Assembly (NCBI GenBank): GCA_965140575.1
Contig: OZ223261.1
Span: forward strand, 391,243 to 455,242
DNA: 64,000 nucleotides
Direction of reading: 5' to 3'
Source of the DNA: Sulfurovaceae bacterium
GTDB taxonomy: Bacteria; Campylobacterota; Campylobacteria; Campylobacterales; Sulfurovaceae
In this document: positions 41,439-52,080 of the stretch, in pieces
How the letters are laid out: every line of letters begins with the position of its first letter
How positions within the stretch are numbered: position 1 is the first letter of the stretch
Program-made: the position numbers and the translations under genes
The notes under the pieces: model-generated
The model's database searches: none
Seen by the model: the letters and a program-made list of their open reading frames with translations, nothing else
What the model was told of the DNA's origin: nothing

Positions 41439-42661
41439 CTGTCAACCTCACCAAAAACGATATTGGTACTTCCTATGATAGTAACAACATCAGCTAGATA
41501 GCTTCCCACTAACATCTTTTGCAAAAGCCCTGTATGGAAAAAGCTTGGTGCTCTACATTTGAGTCTGTATGCATATGGTTCGCCTTCGGATTTTATGTAA
41601 AATCCAAGTTCTCCCTTTGGAGACTCTGTCGGAACATAGACTTCACCTTTTGGCGGTCGCATCCCTTGAGTTACCAAAACAAAATGTTGCATGAGTGCAT
41701 AATTTTGTGTCATGATCTCCTCTTTTGGGGCAGAGATATATTTTGGCGCATGTGCCATAAGTTGCGGTTCACTCTCTTCGTGCATCGGGATAAGTTGATG
41801 GAGTATCTTCACGGATTGCTTCATCTCTTCTATATAGAGCCTATATCTTCCATAGCTATCACATCGATCACTCACAGGTATGTCAAAATCAAGCTCACCA
41901 TAAAGCTCATAAGGCTCCTCTTTTCTGATATCATATTTGACACCTGAACCTCTGAGCATAGGACCCGTACAACCCCAAGAAAGTGCATCTTCAGCAGAGA
42001 TGACGCCGACATTTTCAAGTCGCATTTTCCAGATTCTATTTTCAGTCAAGAGATCTTCATAAAGCTTGATATTTTCAGGCATATTGTTCAGAAATTTCTC
42101 AAGATCTTCTAGCCAACCCGCAGGCAAATCGAGAGGCACACCGCCTATACGCACTGCTGCATGTGTCAATCTCGCTCCACAATAAGACTCCATAAGGTCC
42201 ATCGCATATTCTCTCTCTCTAAATGCATACAAGAAAACACTCATAGCGCCAACATCGAGTGCATGTGTTGCGAGGAAAAAGAGATGGGACATGATACGGT
42301 TAAGCTCAAGAAGCATCGTTCTGATAACCTGTGCGCGTCTTGGAGCCTCTATCCCTAAAAGTCTCTCAACACTAAGGGCATAGGCATAGTTGTTTGATGT
42401 CGAGGCGATATAATCGAGTCTATCCGTTGTCGGTAGAAATTCATTATAGGTCATATTTTCCGCCATCTTTTCGACACCTCTGTGCAGGTAGCCAATATCA
42501 GGAAGAGCTTTGACAACCTGTTCGCCATCTAACTCAAGTACAAGTCTCAACTGCCCATGAGCAGAAGGGTGTTGTGGCCCAAAGTTGATGACCATGGTAT
42601 TGTCTGCACGCTCAAAATTTAAGTTTTCAAAAAACGGTGTTAATTTGGTAGTAACTTGCAT
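41435..42661 (-). CDS. nuoD: NADH-quinone oxidoreductase subunit D
   Basis: 408 aa. [17 protein letters not shown] and C-terminal FGEVDR motifs. Confidence 0.94.
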   Translation of the reverse strand: MQVTTKLTPFFENLNFERADNTMVINFGPQHPSAHGQLRLVLELDGEQVVKALPDIGYLHRGVEKMAENMTYNEFLPTTDRLDYIASTSNNYAYALSVERLLGIEAPRRAQVIRTMLLELNRIMSHLFFLATHALDVGAMSVFLYAFREREYAMDLMESYCGARLTHAAVRIGGVPLDLPAGWLEDLEKFLNNMPENIKLYEDLLTENRIWKMRLENVGVISAEDALSWGCTGPMLRGSGVKYDIRKEEPYELYGELDFDIPVSDRCDSYGRYRLYIEEMKQSVKILHQLIPMHEESEPQLMAHAPKYISAPKEEIMTQNYALMQHFVLVTQGMRPPKGEVYVPTESPKGELGFYIKSEGEPYAYRLKCRAPSFFHTGLLQKMLVGSYLADVVTIIGSTNIVFGEVDR

Positions 42662-42669
42662 AATTGATC

Positions 42670-43452
42670 CTATCTCTTCTTTTTAAGCTGTTTAGACTTT
42701 TTCTGATAATTTACGAAAGCTGTCTTGCTGTATTCGATCTCGTTTGGCTCTTCACCTTCACTTATATCAGCACCAAACGGCACTTCATAACCGACTCTTG
42801 AGAATCTTTGCGTATCATATCTATCAACCTTGGCAGGATCTCTATTTTCAGGCCCGATAACATCTCTATTTTCTTTGCCGAATATCTTATCAACCTCATA
42901 CCATGAAGCAGCCTCATCACCTTGAAGCGGATAAGTTTTTAAAAGCGGGTGACCACTCCAATCATCCGGCATGATGATGCGCTTAAGATAAGGATGATTA
43001 TTAACATAGATGCCAAACATATCAAACATCTCTCGCTCGGCAAAATTTGCCATTTTGAAAAGTGGTACGATGGATTCTATAGATTCATTTTGCTTGATGC
43101 GGCATACAACTCTTGCTCTTTTTGCAAGATCAAGATTGAGCATCTGATAAAAGATCTCAAACTCTCCACTTTGTGCCAGATAGTCAACAGCACTCAATTC
43201 ACTACACATCGCATAGCCACACTTGTCTCTGAGTAACTCTAGCACTGCCAAATTATCCTTTGGCTTGATGTGCAATACAAGCTGTCCAAGTTCTATATAA
43301 CTCTCGCTGATATATTTTTTAAGCGTCTTGACAACATCGGCAAAGTGACCGTCTTCGCCGGCATCTTCTCGTGGAACCCTAGGAGCAACCCAAAATCTAT
43401 CAGTATAGTAAGACTTCTTTTGGCGGCTATCTTTTGGTGTATACTTTCTCAT
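42670..43452 (-). CDS. nuoC: NADH-quinone oxidoreductase subunit C
   Basis: 260 aa. [10 protein letters not shown]...HP 30-kDa subunit signature. Confidence 0.9.
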   Translation of the reverse strand: MRKYTPKDSRQKKSYYTDRFWVAPRVPREDAGEDGHFADVVKTLKKYISESYIELGQLVLHIKPKDNLAVLELLRDKCGYAMCSELSAVDYLAQSGEFEIFYQMLNLDLAKRARVVCRIKQNESIESIVPLFKMANFAEREMFDMFGIYVNNHPYLKRIIMPDDWSGHPLLKTYPLQGDEAASWYEVDKIFGKENRDVIGPENRDPAKVDRYDTQRFSRVGYEVPFGADISEGEEPNEIEYSKTAFVNYQKKSKQLKKKR

Positions 43453-43964
43453 TATATGAACCTTTGTTTTACATTTTTATTCATATTTGCAGATTCTCTT
43501 CTGATCTTCTTTTGAAGCATCATAAGTGCATATTGGAGCGTCTCCGGTCTTGGGGCACATCCCGGAAGATAGATATCGACAGGGACGATTCTATCCACAC
43601 CTTGCACAGTCGCATAGGTGTTGAACATCCCGCCGGTATTTGCACAACTTCCCATACTGATAACCCATTTCGGCTCAGTCATCTGGTCATACAGTCTTCT
43701 TGTAAACTCCGCATGTTTTTTTGAAAGTGTTCCTGAGAGTATCATAACATCAGATTGTCTCGGGCTTGCTCTAAAAATTGTCCCGAATCTATCGAAGTCA
43801 AATCGAGCTGCCCCACTTGCCATCATCTCGATAGCGCAACATGCTAGTCCATATGTTAAAGGCCAAAGCGAATTTGATCTTCCCCAATTTACAAGCTTGT
43901 CAACGCTTGTCAACGCTACAGGTAATCCTGCGCTTGATGTGTAGTTTACTTTATGTTGTGCCAT
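43452..43964 (-). CDS. nuoB: NADH-quinone oxidoreductase subunit B
   Basis: [19 protein letters not shown] and [10 protein letters not shown]2-cluster ligand motifs. Confidence 0.94.
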   Translation of the reverse strand: MAQHKVNYTSSAGLPVALTSVDKLVNWGRSNSLWPLTYGLACCAIEMMASGAARFDFDRFGTIFRASPRQSDVMILSGTLSKKHAEFTRRLYDQMTEPKWVISMGSCANTGGMFNTYATVQGVDRIVPVDIYLPGCAPRPETLQYALMMLQKKIRRESANMNKNVKQRFI

Positions 43965-44362
43965 TCAAGAGCTCCTTTCTTCCACGCATAGATAAAGCCG
44001 AGTGCGAGTAAAAATACAAAAAGCATCATCTCGATAAGCCCAAACCAGCCTAACCCTAACGCTTTAAAGAGTTTAAAGTCAATTCCCCATGGAATCATAA
44101 AGATGATTTCCACATCAAAAAGGATAAAAAGAAGTGCTATAAGATAAAACTGCACCGATATACTGTTCGGCTGCTTAGTAACTTCAGGTCCGCACTCATA
44201 GATACTAAGCTTCAACTTCTCTCTATCAAGCTTTGCTAATTTTCGACTGATAAACCTTGTGAGAACCAAGGTTGCAGGAAAAGCAACAGCTGCTACGATA
44301 AAAAATACGAACACCCCAAAGTATGGATGTTCAGAGACAATATGCGATAATCCACCGGTCAT
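43946..44362 (-). CDS. nuoA: NADH-quinone oxidoreductase subunit A
   Basis: 138 aa, 3 TM helices. YECGP motif. First gene of the operon. Confidence 0.9.
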   Translation of the reverse strand: MTGGLSHIVSEHPYFGVFVFFIVAAVAFPATLVLTRFISRKLAKLDREKLKLSIYECGPEVTKQPNSISVQFYLIALLFILFDVEIIFMIPWGIDFKLFKALGLGWFGLIEMMLFVFLLALGFIYAWKKGALEWHNIK

Positions 44363-44682
44363 TGTAAACCCCTTTTTTTCTTGCGTGAGTACTCATTCTT
44401 TAGATGTATAATAGTATCTAAAAGATAATTAAATTATTTTAACTATCCTTCTACGCTTTTCTCTTTAAAATGCATTGTAACAAAGTGAAACAGATTGGAA
44501 AAAACAAAAATAGGAGCCCCTCGATATACAAATATTACAAAAGAAGCCCTAAATTACCCGAATCATCCCGCGCTACAAGCAAATCTCACACAAAATATTA
44601 CCGACTTAACCTTAGTCTGATAATAATTTTTATCGAAATATTTACAATTGTTTTTGAAATTTGTTTTTGAAGTGAAGATAGT

Positions 44683-44715
44683 GGCCTGCCATAACCAAAA
44701 GATTGGTTGCAGGCC
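44683..44715 (-). terminator. hairpin downstream of OMP gene (possible bidirectional terminator)
   Basis: GGCCTGC...GCAGGCC outer stem with inner AACCA/TGGTT, 7 nt after the stop at 44722. The T-run lies only on the plus-strand side. Confidence 0.4.
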
Positions 44716-44721
44716 TACTTT

Positions 44722-46110
44722 TTAATATTTATAACTTACGGAAAATCTGAGATCTTGTGCTGTGATATCGGTCTCTTGCACAGGAACCCAACCGGCACAA
44801 TTTACATTTGGCGTATAGTCATGTTGCATATAGGTATATCGAACCTGTGCAGGAAGGTATTCTTCACCAAAGAGATAAAAGTTCCAATAGGCCTCATATG
44901 CATCACCACGCACAGCAATCTTGGATCCGATAGCTGAATCTTCAGCCCATGTCATCGGTGTCCAATATTTTGATCCATGATTATATTCAATCCCTATCTT
45001 TCCTTTTTCTGTGATCATATCAGGGAAGATAACCCCTGCCCAGATAGAGCTTCCGCTTCTTGTACCACCATCGCTTGAGCCTAAAAGTTGGTACCCGTTG
45101 TCTGCATCATAGTAACTATATGCTGCAGATATAAACGCTGTTGTATTTGCCCAAAAACCATCAATCTCATTTCCAATTCCATCAATTTTGAATCCAAGCG
45201 AGAGAAGATCAGCTGTTCCTGCACCTACTTTTTTCTCAGTTGTCGCGATATTTTCACCTTTTGTGTCGAAGATATGTGCCCACTCATACATGACTCGATA
45301 TTGACCATTATTATAAGCATCACCAAGTGTCACAAAAAAGTCAACATTGTCATCTTCAGATCCATCTACCTTAGCATTTGGACCCCAAGGTGTCGTATAG
45401 CCGATGCTGTAAACACCTGTTGTAGCACCCGTATGTGCACGACCTCCTACAAATTTTGTATACGCGCCCGGAATAAATCTACTCCAATCTAGTTTAACCA
45501 TGAGAGCATTGACTTCCATATTGGTGATATGTGCTAGAGGTGATCCCTCTTCAGGATTGTTCTCTCTATAGTTTGCCAAGAAACCGTCTGTTGAAGGGCG
45601 ACGACCGATAGAGACACTGATAGGCTGTGCTCCAAGGGCTGTTGAGTAGACAAAGTATGCCTCTTTAACTCTCATCACCGTATCGGTTGCTTTAGAGCTT
45701 GCCGACCAATCTTTAAGCCCTCCATCCTCACCAAAAAGGTGCGCGCCCCAAAGTGAATAGATAGCAAGCTTTCCTTTAAAAATTAACTTATCCGTAGGCG
45801 CAGCTGCCATTGTGAGGTACAATCTACTCGCAAGTAATGATGAATTTTCTGCACTCTCGCCTGTTATATTGTTTTTATAATCCAAAACATCAACGGAGTT
45901 TCTAAAATCTACTCCAAACTTGATATTGTCAAACGAATCATGTTTTTTGACCTCAATAATCGTTTTTTTATTGCTTTTGATCTTTTTTTGATTGCCGTAA
46001 ACCATCTCTTCTAGAACTCTGATTCTCTCTTCGAGCTCAGCATTAGTCGCAGCATTTGTTGCTGAAATTACTGATGCTACCATGAGGGACATTACTACAA
46101 ATCTTTTCAT
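44722..46110 (-). CDS. outer-membrane beta-barrel protein with N-terminal coiled-coil (tentatively DUF3373-like putative porin)
   Basis: Signal peptide MKRFVVMSLMVASVISATNA. ELEERIRVLEEMV heptad region. Aromatic-rich alternating strands. Ends RFSVSYKY. Confidence 0.75.
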   Translation of the reverse strand: MKRFVVMSLMVASVISATNAATNAELEERIRVLEEMVYGNQKKIKSNKKTIIEVKKHDSFDNIKFGVDFRNSVDVLDYKNNITGESAENSSLLASRLYLTMAAAPTDKLIFKGKLAIYSLWGAHLFGEDGGLKDWSASSKATDTVMRVKEAYFVYSTALGAQPISVSIGRRPSTDGFLANYRENNPEEGSPLAHITNMEVNALMVKLDWSRFIPGAYTKFVGGRAHTGATTGVYSIGYTTPWGPNAKVDGSEDDNVDFFVTLGDAYNNGQYRVMYEWAHIFDTKGENIATTEKKVGAGTADLLSLGFKIDGIGNEIDGFWANTTAFISAAYSYYDADNGYQLLGSSDGGTRSGSSIWAGVIFPDMITEKGKIGIEYNHGSKYWTPMTWAEDSAIGSKIAVRGDAYEAYWNFYLFGEEYLPAQVRYTYMQHDYTPNVNCAGWVPVQETDITAQDLRFSVSYKY

Positions 46111-46242
46111 TACTACTCTCCTAAAAAAACGAAAGTATAACCAATGAAAACTTAAATATATTAACTTTAATTTATAATTATGTTAATACATTATTATAAA
46201 TATTATGCGAGATATAGCAACAAAATAAGGCTGTTTAACGCA

Positions 46243-46680
46243 TTATTGATTTGTAATGTGCATATATTTTGAGATAAATTCTTCCGGAATCTTTTGCGGG
46301 CGGTATGTCTCTATCTCCACAAAAACCCAATTGGTCCACCCCTCACATATAATCTTGCCCTTTTTAACATTGAGAAGTTCGTATTGACGGATTGACTGCG
46401 CTTTTTTGACACTCTGCACCCAAGTATTTAAGAGAAGTTCATCGCCTAGTAAAGCACTCTGTTTATAGGCTATATTGTGCTCTCTTGCAACCCATGTGCG
46501 ATTAAATTTTTTCAGTGCATCAAATCCCAAGCCCAAAAAGTCGGAGTGCGCTACAGCGATATCGATAAACCATTCGAGATATCGGATATTACCAACATGG
46601 CCATTGACATCAATATCCTCTTTTTGAACGATAATCTTTTTTGTAAATTTTTCTCTATTTCCCGATGCATCATTATTCAC
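46243..46680 (-). CDS. hotdog-fold acyl-CoA thioesterase (4HBT/YbgC-like)
   Basis: 145 aa. DIDVNGHVGNIRYLEWF pattern typical of 4HBT thioesterases. Confidence 0.8.
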   Translation of the reverse strand: MNNDASGNREKFTKKIIVQKEDIDVNGHVGNIRYLEWFIDIAVAHSDFLGLGFDALKKFNRTWVAREHNIAYKQSALLGDELLLNTWVQSVKKAQSIRQYELLNVKKGKIICEGWTNWVFVEIETYRPQKIPEEFISKYMHITNQ

Positions 46681-46892
46681 TATAGTGCCGCCTTACTAGT
46701 AAAATGGAGTTGGTGTTTCTCTTTATAAAGCACCGTTAAAACAAGAGGTATATTCTAACCTTCTATCTTAAAAGTTTCCTTGAGGAAAAATTACTTTTTG
46801 ATTTTTGCTCAATTAACATAAATGTTAGAATACTCCTTGTATAATGAACAGATTTTTTACAATGCAATAAAGCAACTAAGGGAGCTTACTCT

Positions 46893-48722
46893 ATGAAGCA
46901 AACATTGATGGGGAATGACGCGATAGCGTGGGGGCTTATCCATGCAAATGTTGATATGGTCTCCGGCTATCCCGGCACACCTTCCAGTGAGATATTAACG
47001 ACTGTTCAAAAGATAAAAAAACAACTCGATCTTCCTATGTATGCACAATGGGCAACAAATGAAAAAGTAGGATTTGAAGTAGCATACGCCGGAGCTATCA
47101 CAGGCAAAAGAACCTGCGCCACCATGAAACAAGTGGGGCTCAATGTAGCTAGTGACGCGCTTATGAGTGCAAGCTATATAGGCAATCTAGGAGGTATGCT
47201 TCTTGTCTGTGCGGATGATCCGGGCTTTCACTCTTCACAGACAGAACAAGACTCACGCGTCTTTGCAAAATTTGCACGCATTCCCGTACTAGACCCTGCA
47301 ACGCCTCAAGATGCTTACGACTTTACTAAGCTTGGCGTGGAGCTTTCCGAACATTTTCAAATACCGGTGATGCTTAGACCGGTGATGCGCGTCTCGCATG
47401 CTAGAGAGATTATCGAGATGGATGATGAGACAAACTACCAACCAAAAGAAGGTAAATTCCAAAGAGATATCCCAAGATGGGGGGCAGTTCCTAGAAACGA
47501 TAGATATCTCCAAGGTATAGAACAACTCAAAAGAGTAGAGGCGATCAAAGCATACAACTGGGAGCATTTCTTAAAAGAGCAGTTTGAAAAATGCCAAGGC
47601 AAGGAGCTACTCATCATAGCAAGCGGTACGGGGTATGGATATGCCAAAGAGACACTCAGCGAATGCGGAGTAGAGGCCGATATCATCAAGGTTATCATGC
47701 CTTATCCTCTACCGCAAGATCAGATCAAAGAGTACACGCAACAGTATAACAAAGTACTTGTCATCGAAGAGACTTATCCCTGCATAGAAGAGCAGATAGC
47801 TACCAAAAAACTCTTTGGAAAAAATACCGATACCACGCAGCAGATAGATGAGATGAGCAAGGCTGAGATATTGAAATCACTGCAAAAATTAGAGATTTAT
47901 AGAGGTGAAAACATCTATGAGGCACTCGAAATCTCCGAGGAGTATCCTCTCCCAAAAGTTGAAGCGAGACCGCCTGCACTTTGTCCGGGATGCCCACACA
48001 GAGACCTCTTTTTTGCCATCACTAAAGTATTTAAAAAGAAAAAAGCCATCTACCCTTCTGACATAGGATGCTACACGCTTGGACTTGCACAAGGCGCGAT
48101 AGATAGTCTTCTTTGTATGGGCGGTTCTGTTTCGATGGCAAGCGGTTATTCGATCGCTGACCCTGAAAAAACAGTCGTTGCCACCATAGGCGATAGTACA
48201 TTTTTCCACAGTGGTATTCCACCGCTTATTAATGCGGTTTACCAAAATCATAAATTTATACTTGTCATTATGGACAACTCAACGACCGCGATGACCGGCA
48301 GACAAACAACCGCAGAGAGAGAGCATAAAGATATCGATATCAAAAAGGTTGTTGAGGGGTGTGGGATAGCGTGCCATGAGTATTTTTATACCAATGAGCT
48401 AAGTAAAACAATCGATTTCTTTAAAGATATCAAAAAAGTTTACGAGCAAGCAGATGGTCCTGTCGTTGTAGTTGCGAGAGAATTTTGTGTGCTTGATAAA
48501 GAGCGCTCAAAAGAGTTTTTACCCTCTTTGAGTGTTATGGTCGATGAAGAAAAGTGCGTGGCATGTGATCTTTGTGTAAGCTCCTATAAATGTCCGCCTA
48601 TGGCTTACAATGCAAACGGCAAAGTCGAGATAGACCCTTTCTTGTGTATCGGCTGTGGCTCGTGTCTTGATGCACTTTGTCCGACAGATGCATTTGTAAA
48701 AATAGACAAAGGGGACAAATAG
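46893..48722 (+). CDS. iorA: indolepyruvate:ferredoxin oxidoreductase alpha subunit
   Basis: 609 aa. N-terminal GNDAIAWG...GYPGTPSSE, TPP-binding GDSTFFHSG, C-terminal 2x4Fe-4S CVACDLC...CIGCGSCLDALCP. Confidence 0.88.
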   Translation: MKQTLMGNDAIAWGLIHANVDMVSGYPGTPSSEILTTVQKIKKQLDLPMYAQWATNEKVGFEVAYAGAITGKRTCATMKQVGLNVASDALMSASYIGNLGGMLLVCADDPGFHSSQTEQDSRVFAKFARIPVLDPATPQDAYDFTKLGVELSEHFQIPVMLRPVMRVSHAREIIEMDDETNYQPKEGKFQRDIPRWGAVPRNDRYLQGIEQLKRVEAIKAYNWEHFLKEQFEKCQGKELLIIASGTGYGYAKETLSECGVEADIIKVIMPYPLPQDQIKEYTQQYNKVLVIEETYPCIEEQIATKKLFGKNTDTTQQIDEMSKAEILKSLQKLEIYRGENIYEALEISEEYPLPKVEARPPALCPGCPHRDLFFAITKVFKKKKAIYPSDIGCYTLGLAQGAIDSLLCMGGSVSMASGYSIADPEKTVVATIGDSTFFHSGIPPLINAVYQNHKFILVIMDNSTTAMTGRQTTAEREHKDIDIKKVVEGCGIACHEYFYTNELSKTIDFFKDIKKVYEQADGPVVVVAREFCVLDKERSKEFLPSLSVMVDEEKCVACDLCVSSYKCPPMAYNANGKVEIDPFLCIGCGSCLDALCPTDAFVKIDKGDK

Positions 48723-49259
48723 ATGCGATACCAAAGTGTGATAGCAGGTTTCGGCGGTCAAGGTGTTGTCTTTTTAGTGAAAGTCTTGGCCATCTGTGCC
48801 GGCAATAGAAACATCCCTTTTTTGGGCACGGAAAATCACGGCATGAGCCAAAGGGGAGGCGCCGTATCGTGCCATATCAAAATCGGTGATTTTTCAAGCC
48901 CGCTCATAGACACCAATCAAGCCGATCTTTTGATAGGTCTAGAAGCGCAAGAGAGTCTTAGAAATATCTCTTTTTTACACAAAAACGGCAAAGTAGTCAC
49001 AAATGCCGATACAAACTTTCCGCAACTCCCTTTTGTCACTGCAAAAGCTGATGGGTTTGCGCTTGCCAAGCAAAGAGAGTTCCCTATCCAAGCACTCAAT
49101 GTATTTATGCTTGGTGTGGTTTTAGGAAGTATCGAAGATTTTCCTTTCTCACAAGAGGAAGTGCGCACTGCTATCGAGCAGATGAATGCCAAAATGGCAC
49201 AACAAAATTTCAAAGTATTGGAGATGGGCATTGAAGCAGGAAACAGAAGCAAAAATTAG
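48723..49259 (+). CDS. iorB: indolepyruvate:ferredoxin oxidoreductase beta subunit
   Basis: 178 aa. GFGGQGVV...E.HGMSQRGG gamma-domain motif. Starts 1 nt after the iorA stop. Confidence 0.85.
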   Translation: MRYQSVIAGFGGQGVVFLVKVLAICAGNRNIPFLGTENHGMSQRGGAVSCHIKIGDFSSPLIDTNQADLLIGLEAQESLRNISFLHKNGKVVTNADTNFPQLPFVTAKADGFALAKQREFPIQALNVFMLGVVLGSIEDFPFSQEEVRTAIEQMNAKMAQQNFKVLEMGIEAGNRSKN

Positions 49260-49647
49260 GGATTTTTTTGAGCAAAACGATCATTTTGCGACACAAAACG
49301 GGATACTTACCGAAGAGATAGATGAGGGGTATGCAAAAGCATCACTCGTCATCACAAAAGAGCATCTCAATGGTGCCGGTGTCGCACACGGTGGAGCGAT
49401 ATTTTTACTCGCAGATTTTGCATTAGCACTTGCATCAAACTCATATGGAACACTTGCTCTTGGGATAAACAATAGCATCTCCTACCTCAATGCCGCACAA
49501 GAGAATGAGCATATCTACGCTGTGGCTAAAGAGGTAGAGAAAAACCATAAACTTGCCAGCTACACCGTCACCATAAACGGTAAAGATGATAGAGTAATCG
49601 CTATCATGCAAGGTATGGTTTACAGAAAAGATAAGCAATTCATATAA
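49231..49647 (+). CDS. PaaI-type hotdog thioesterase
   Basis: NGAGVAHGGAIFLLADFA motif. No ATG downstream of the iorB stop. TTG 49231 with GGAG 8 nt upstream (the track's ATG 49186 would overlap iorB by 74 nt). Confidence 0.7.
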   Translation: MKQETEAKIRDFFEQNDHFATQNGILTEEIDEGYAKASLVITKEHLNGAGVAHGGAIFLLADFALALASNSYGTLALGINNSISYLNAAQENEHIYAVAKEVEKNHKLASYTVTINGKDDRVIAIMQGMVYRKDKQFI

Positions 49648-49660
49648 TCAAAGGATTTCG

Positions 49661-50962
49661 ATGGTCTACAATGAAATAGAGAGCGCAAAAAGAGAGGAGC
49701 TTGAGGAACTTGAACTCAAAAGATTGCAAAGTACCGTGGAGCGTGTCTACTCGCTCAGTACTTTTTATAGAGAGAAGTTTGATGAGCTTGGCATCACTCC
49801 AAAAGATATAACCTCCTTAGAAGATATCAAAAAACTCCCTTTTACAACCAAAAAAGATCTTCGTGCCCACTACCCTTTTGGTCTTTTTACTGTACCGATG
49901 AGCGAGGTTGCAAGAATCCACAGCTCGAGCGGCACTACAGGGAAACCTACCGTAGTTGGTTATACAAAGTCCGATATGGATGTGTGGGATGAAGTGATGG
50001 CAAGAGTCTTCACTCTAGCAGGAGCAACAAGCAAAGATATCGTACACAATGCCTATGGCTATGGACTCTTCACGGGAGGTTTGGGGTTCCATAATGGTGC
50101 GGAGAAGATTGGTGCTGCGATAGTACCGGCAAGTGCAGGCATGACTGATAGACAACTAATGTTGATGCGTGACTTTGGGGCGAGCATACTTGCTTCTACT
50201 CCTACCTTTGCTCTACATATGGCAGAGGTTGCCCAAAAAGCAGGAAGCGACTATCTCAGTCACTATAAACTAAAAGCGGGTATATTTGGAGCCGAACCTA
50301 CGTCAAAGGGACTCAAAAAAGAAGTCTCAAATGCTTGGGGAATCGATTATCATGAGGTATATGGACTCAGTGAAATCATTGGACCCGGCGTTGCAGCAAA
50401 CTGTAAAGAGAGTGATCTCTTACATGTCTTCGAGGATCATTTCTTTGTAGAGATCATCAATCCACAAACAGGAGAGAGTCTACCCGATGGGCAAAGGGGT
50501 GAGCTTGTCATCACGCCACTTACCAAGCAAGCACTTCCGCTTATCCGCTATAGAACCGGCGACATCACATCGATCACAAAAGAGCCATGCAGATGCGGGA
50601 GAACCCTTTTGAGAATGGAGTCTATCGTGGGCAGAGTCGATGATATGCTCATTATCAGTGGTGTCAATGTCTATCCATCGCAGATAGAACATGTCATAGC
50701 AAATACAGAGGGAGTAACGCTCAACTATCAGATCATAGTTGACAAACATGGACACCTTGACAAACTTGAGATTCATATCGAAGTTAGCGATGAGATTATG
50801 ACCGATTCACTCGGTCAAATGGCGGCCTTGAAAAAAGAGATCCAGCATGCACTGCTCAACAACCTCTACATCAATGCGCATGTCGTCCTCGTACAACCAA
50901 GAAGCATCGAGAGAAGTATGGGCAAAGCCGTACGCATTATCGATAAAAGGAAAGAGCAATGA
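49661..50962 (+). CDS. paaK: phenylacetate--CoA ligase family adenylate-forming enzyme
   Basis: 433 aa. SSGTTGKPT AMP-binding motif and PaaK-like N-terminal region (LQ..V.R.Y....FYREKF). Confidence 0.85.
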   Translation: MVYNEIESAKREELEELELKRLQSTVERVYSLSTFYREKFDELGITPKDITSLEDIKKLPFTTKKDLRAHYPFGLFTVPMSEVARIHSSSGTTGKPTVVGYTKSDMDVWDEVMARVFTLAGATSKDIVHNAYGYGLFTGGLGFHNGAEKIGAAIVPASAGMTDRQLMLMRDFGASILASTPTFALHMAEVAQKAGSDYLSHYKLKAGIFGAEPTSKGLKKEVSNAWGIDYHEVYGLSEIIGPGVAANCKESDLLHVFEDHFFVEIINPQTGESLPDGQRGELVITPLTKQALPLIRYRTGDITSITKEPCRCGRTLLRMESIVGRVDDMLIISGVNVYPSQIEHVIANTEGVTLNYQIIVDKHGHLDKLEIHIEVSDEIMTDSLGQMAALKKEIQHALLNNLYINAHVVLVQPRSIERSMGKAVRIIDKRKEQ

Positions 50963-51378
50963 GCAAGATACAACAACTTTCGATATTTTTAGAAAATAGA
51001 CCCGGACAACTTACAGATATCACGACACTCCTTTCACAAAACCAACTCTCTATCAAATCAATCAATCTGATTGACTCTAGCGACTATGGTATCTTGCGCG
51101 TCATCGTTGATGATTCCCAAAAAGCCAAAGAGATACTCGACGATGCAGGCATATCGCTCAAAATCGTTGAAGTTTTTGCCGTAGAGATTGACAACCACCT
51201 AGGAAGCTTCAACGAAGTAGCCTCCTTGCTCTCAACGCATGGTATCGATATCCAATATACCTATACTATCAATACCACACAAAATGGTGCTTTTATCTTC
51301 AAGGTTGAGCCTACACTTCTTGATAAAACTATAGAACTTTTAAAACAAAATGGTATCAAAATACTAGAGGATATATGA
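50959..51378 (+). CDS. ACT-domain protein
   Basis: 139 aa, two ACT-like halves (LSIFLENRPGQL..., VEIDNHLGSF...). Overlaps paaK by 4 nt. Confidence 0.75.
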   Translation: MSKIQQLSIFLENRPGQLTDITTLLSQNQLSIKSINLIDSSDYGILRVIVDDSQKAKEILDDAGISLKIVEVFAVEIDNHLGSFNEVASLLSTHGIDIQYTYTINTTQNGAFIFKVEPTLLDKTIELLKQNGIKILEDI

Positions 51379-51434
51379 TCATAAAAAGCGTGTTAGATCT
51401 TTACACAATACTATTTTGATGGCGGGGGGAAAGA

Positions 51435-52052
51435 GTGTCTGAGTTAAAAACATTATTCAAAATAGTATTGATGATTTTTGTAGCATTGGTCGTTATGCGC
51501 TCATGCCAAAATGAACCATTACCTTCATCACAACAATTAAGCGCAACCCAATCTGATCCCCTCCAAAGTGCTCCCTCAAAAAAGGCTTTTTCTTTCAAGG
51601 ATTATACGATTACGCCTTTGGCTGATTTTGAAATCACTGCAAAAGTTCTCTCTTCTGAGCGCTATTATATCGGGAGAGAATCCGATCTTTCGCCCGTCGA
51701 TTTAGCATTGGGTTGGGGGCGTATGGCCGACGATGAAGTAATCAAAGCTATCAATATCTCTCAATCCGGCAGGTGGTATCACTGGGAGGCGCATGACCTT
51801 CCTATCCCTCGACGCGAGATCGAAACACATAGTGCAAATATGCACATGATACCACAAGATGATAGAATCAAATCGATACTACTTCGTGCGGAAAAAGGTG
51901 ATATCATCACTATCAAAGGGGCACTGGTTCGCATAGATGCAAAAGGGGGCGGCTGGCGTTGGAAAAGCTCTCTAAGCCGAAATGATACCGGAGGGGGTGC
52001 GTGCGAAGTTATCTTTGTAGAAGATGCTCAGATAGAATATTTCGAAGATTGA
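51435..52052 (+). CDS. hypothetical exported/membrane-anchored protein
   Basis: N-terminal hydrophobic helix LFKIVLMIFVALVVMRSC. No recognised motif. Confidence 0.55.
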   Translation: MSELKTLFKIVLMIFVALVVMRSCQNEPLPSSQQLSATQSDPLQSAPSKKAFSFKDYTITPLADFEITAKVLSSERYYIGRESDLSPVDLALGWGRMADDEVIKAINISQSGRWYHWEAHDLPIPRREIETHSANMHMIPQDDRIKSILLRAEKGDIITIKGALVRIDAKGGGWRWKSSLSRNDTGGGACEVIFVEDAQIEYFED

Positions 52053-52080
52053 AAATAATCTACTATAAGTCTCTCTTGAT

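Noticed and set aside
41519-41947. 142-aa plus-strand ORF and similar antisense ORFs inside nuo genes (e.g. 28073..28345, 29124..29387, 35016..35363, 39902..40207)
   Set aside because: All are antisense to strongly supported nuo coding sequences. These are typical shadow ORFs.
44470-44937. Short plus-strand ORFs 44470..44670 and 44707..44937
   Set aside because: They lie in the AT-rich nuo leader or antisense to the OMP gene, with low-complexity sequence and no RBS.
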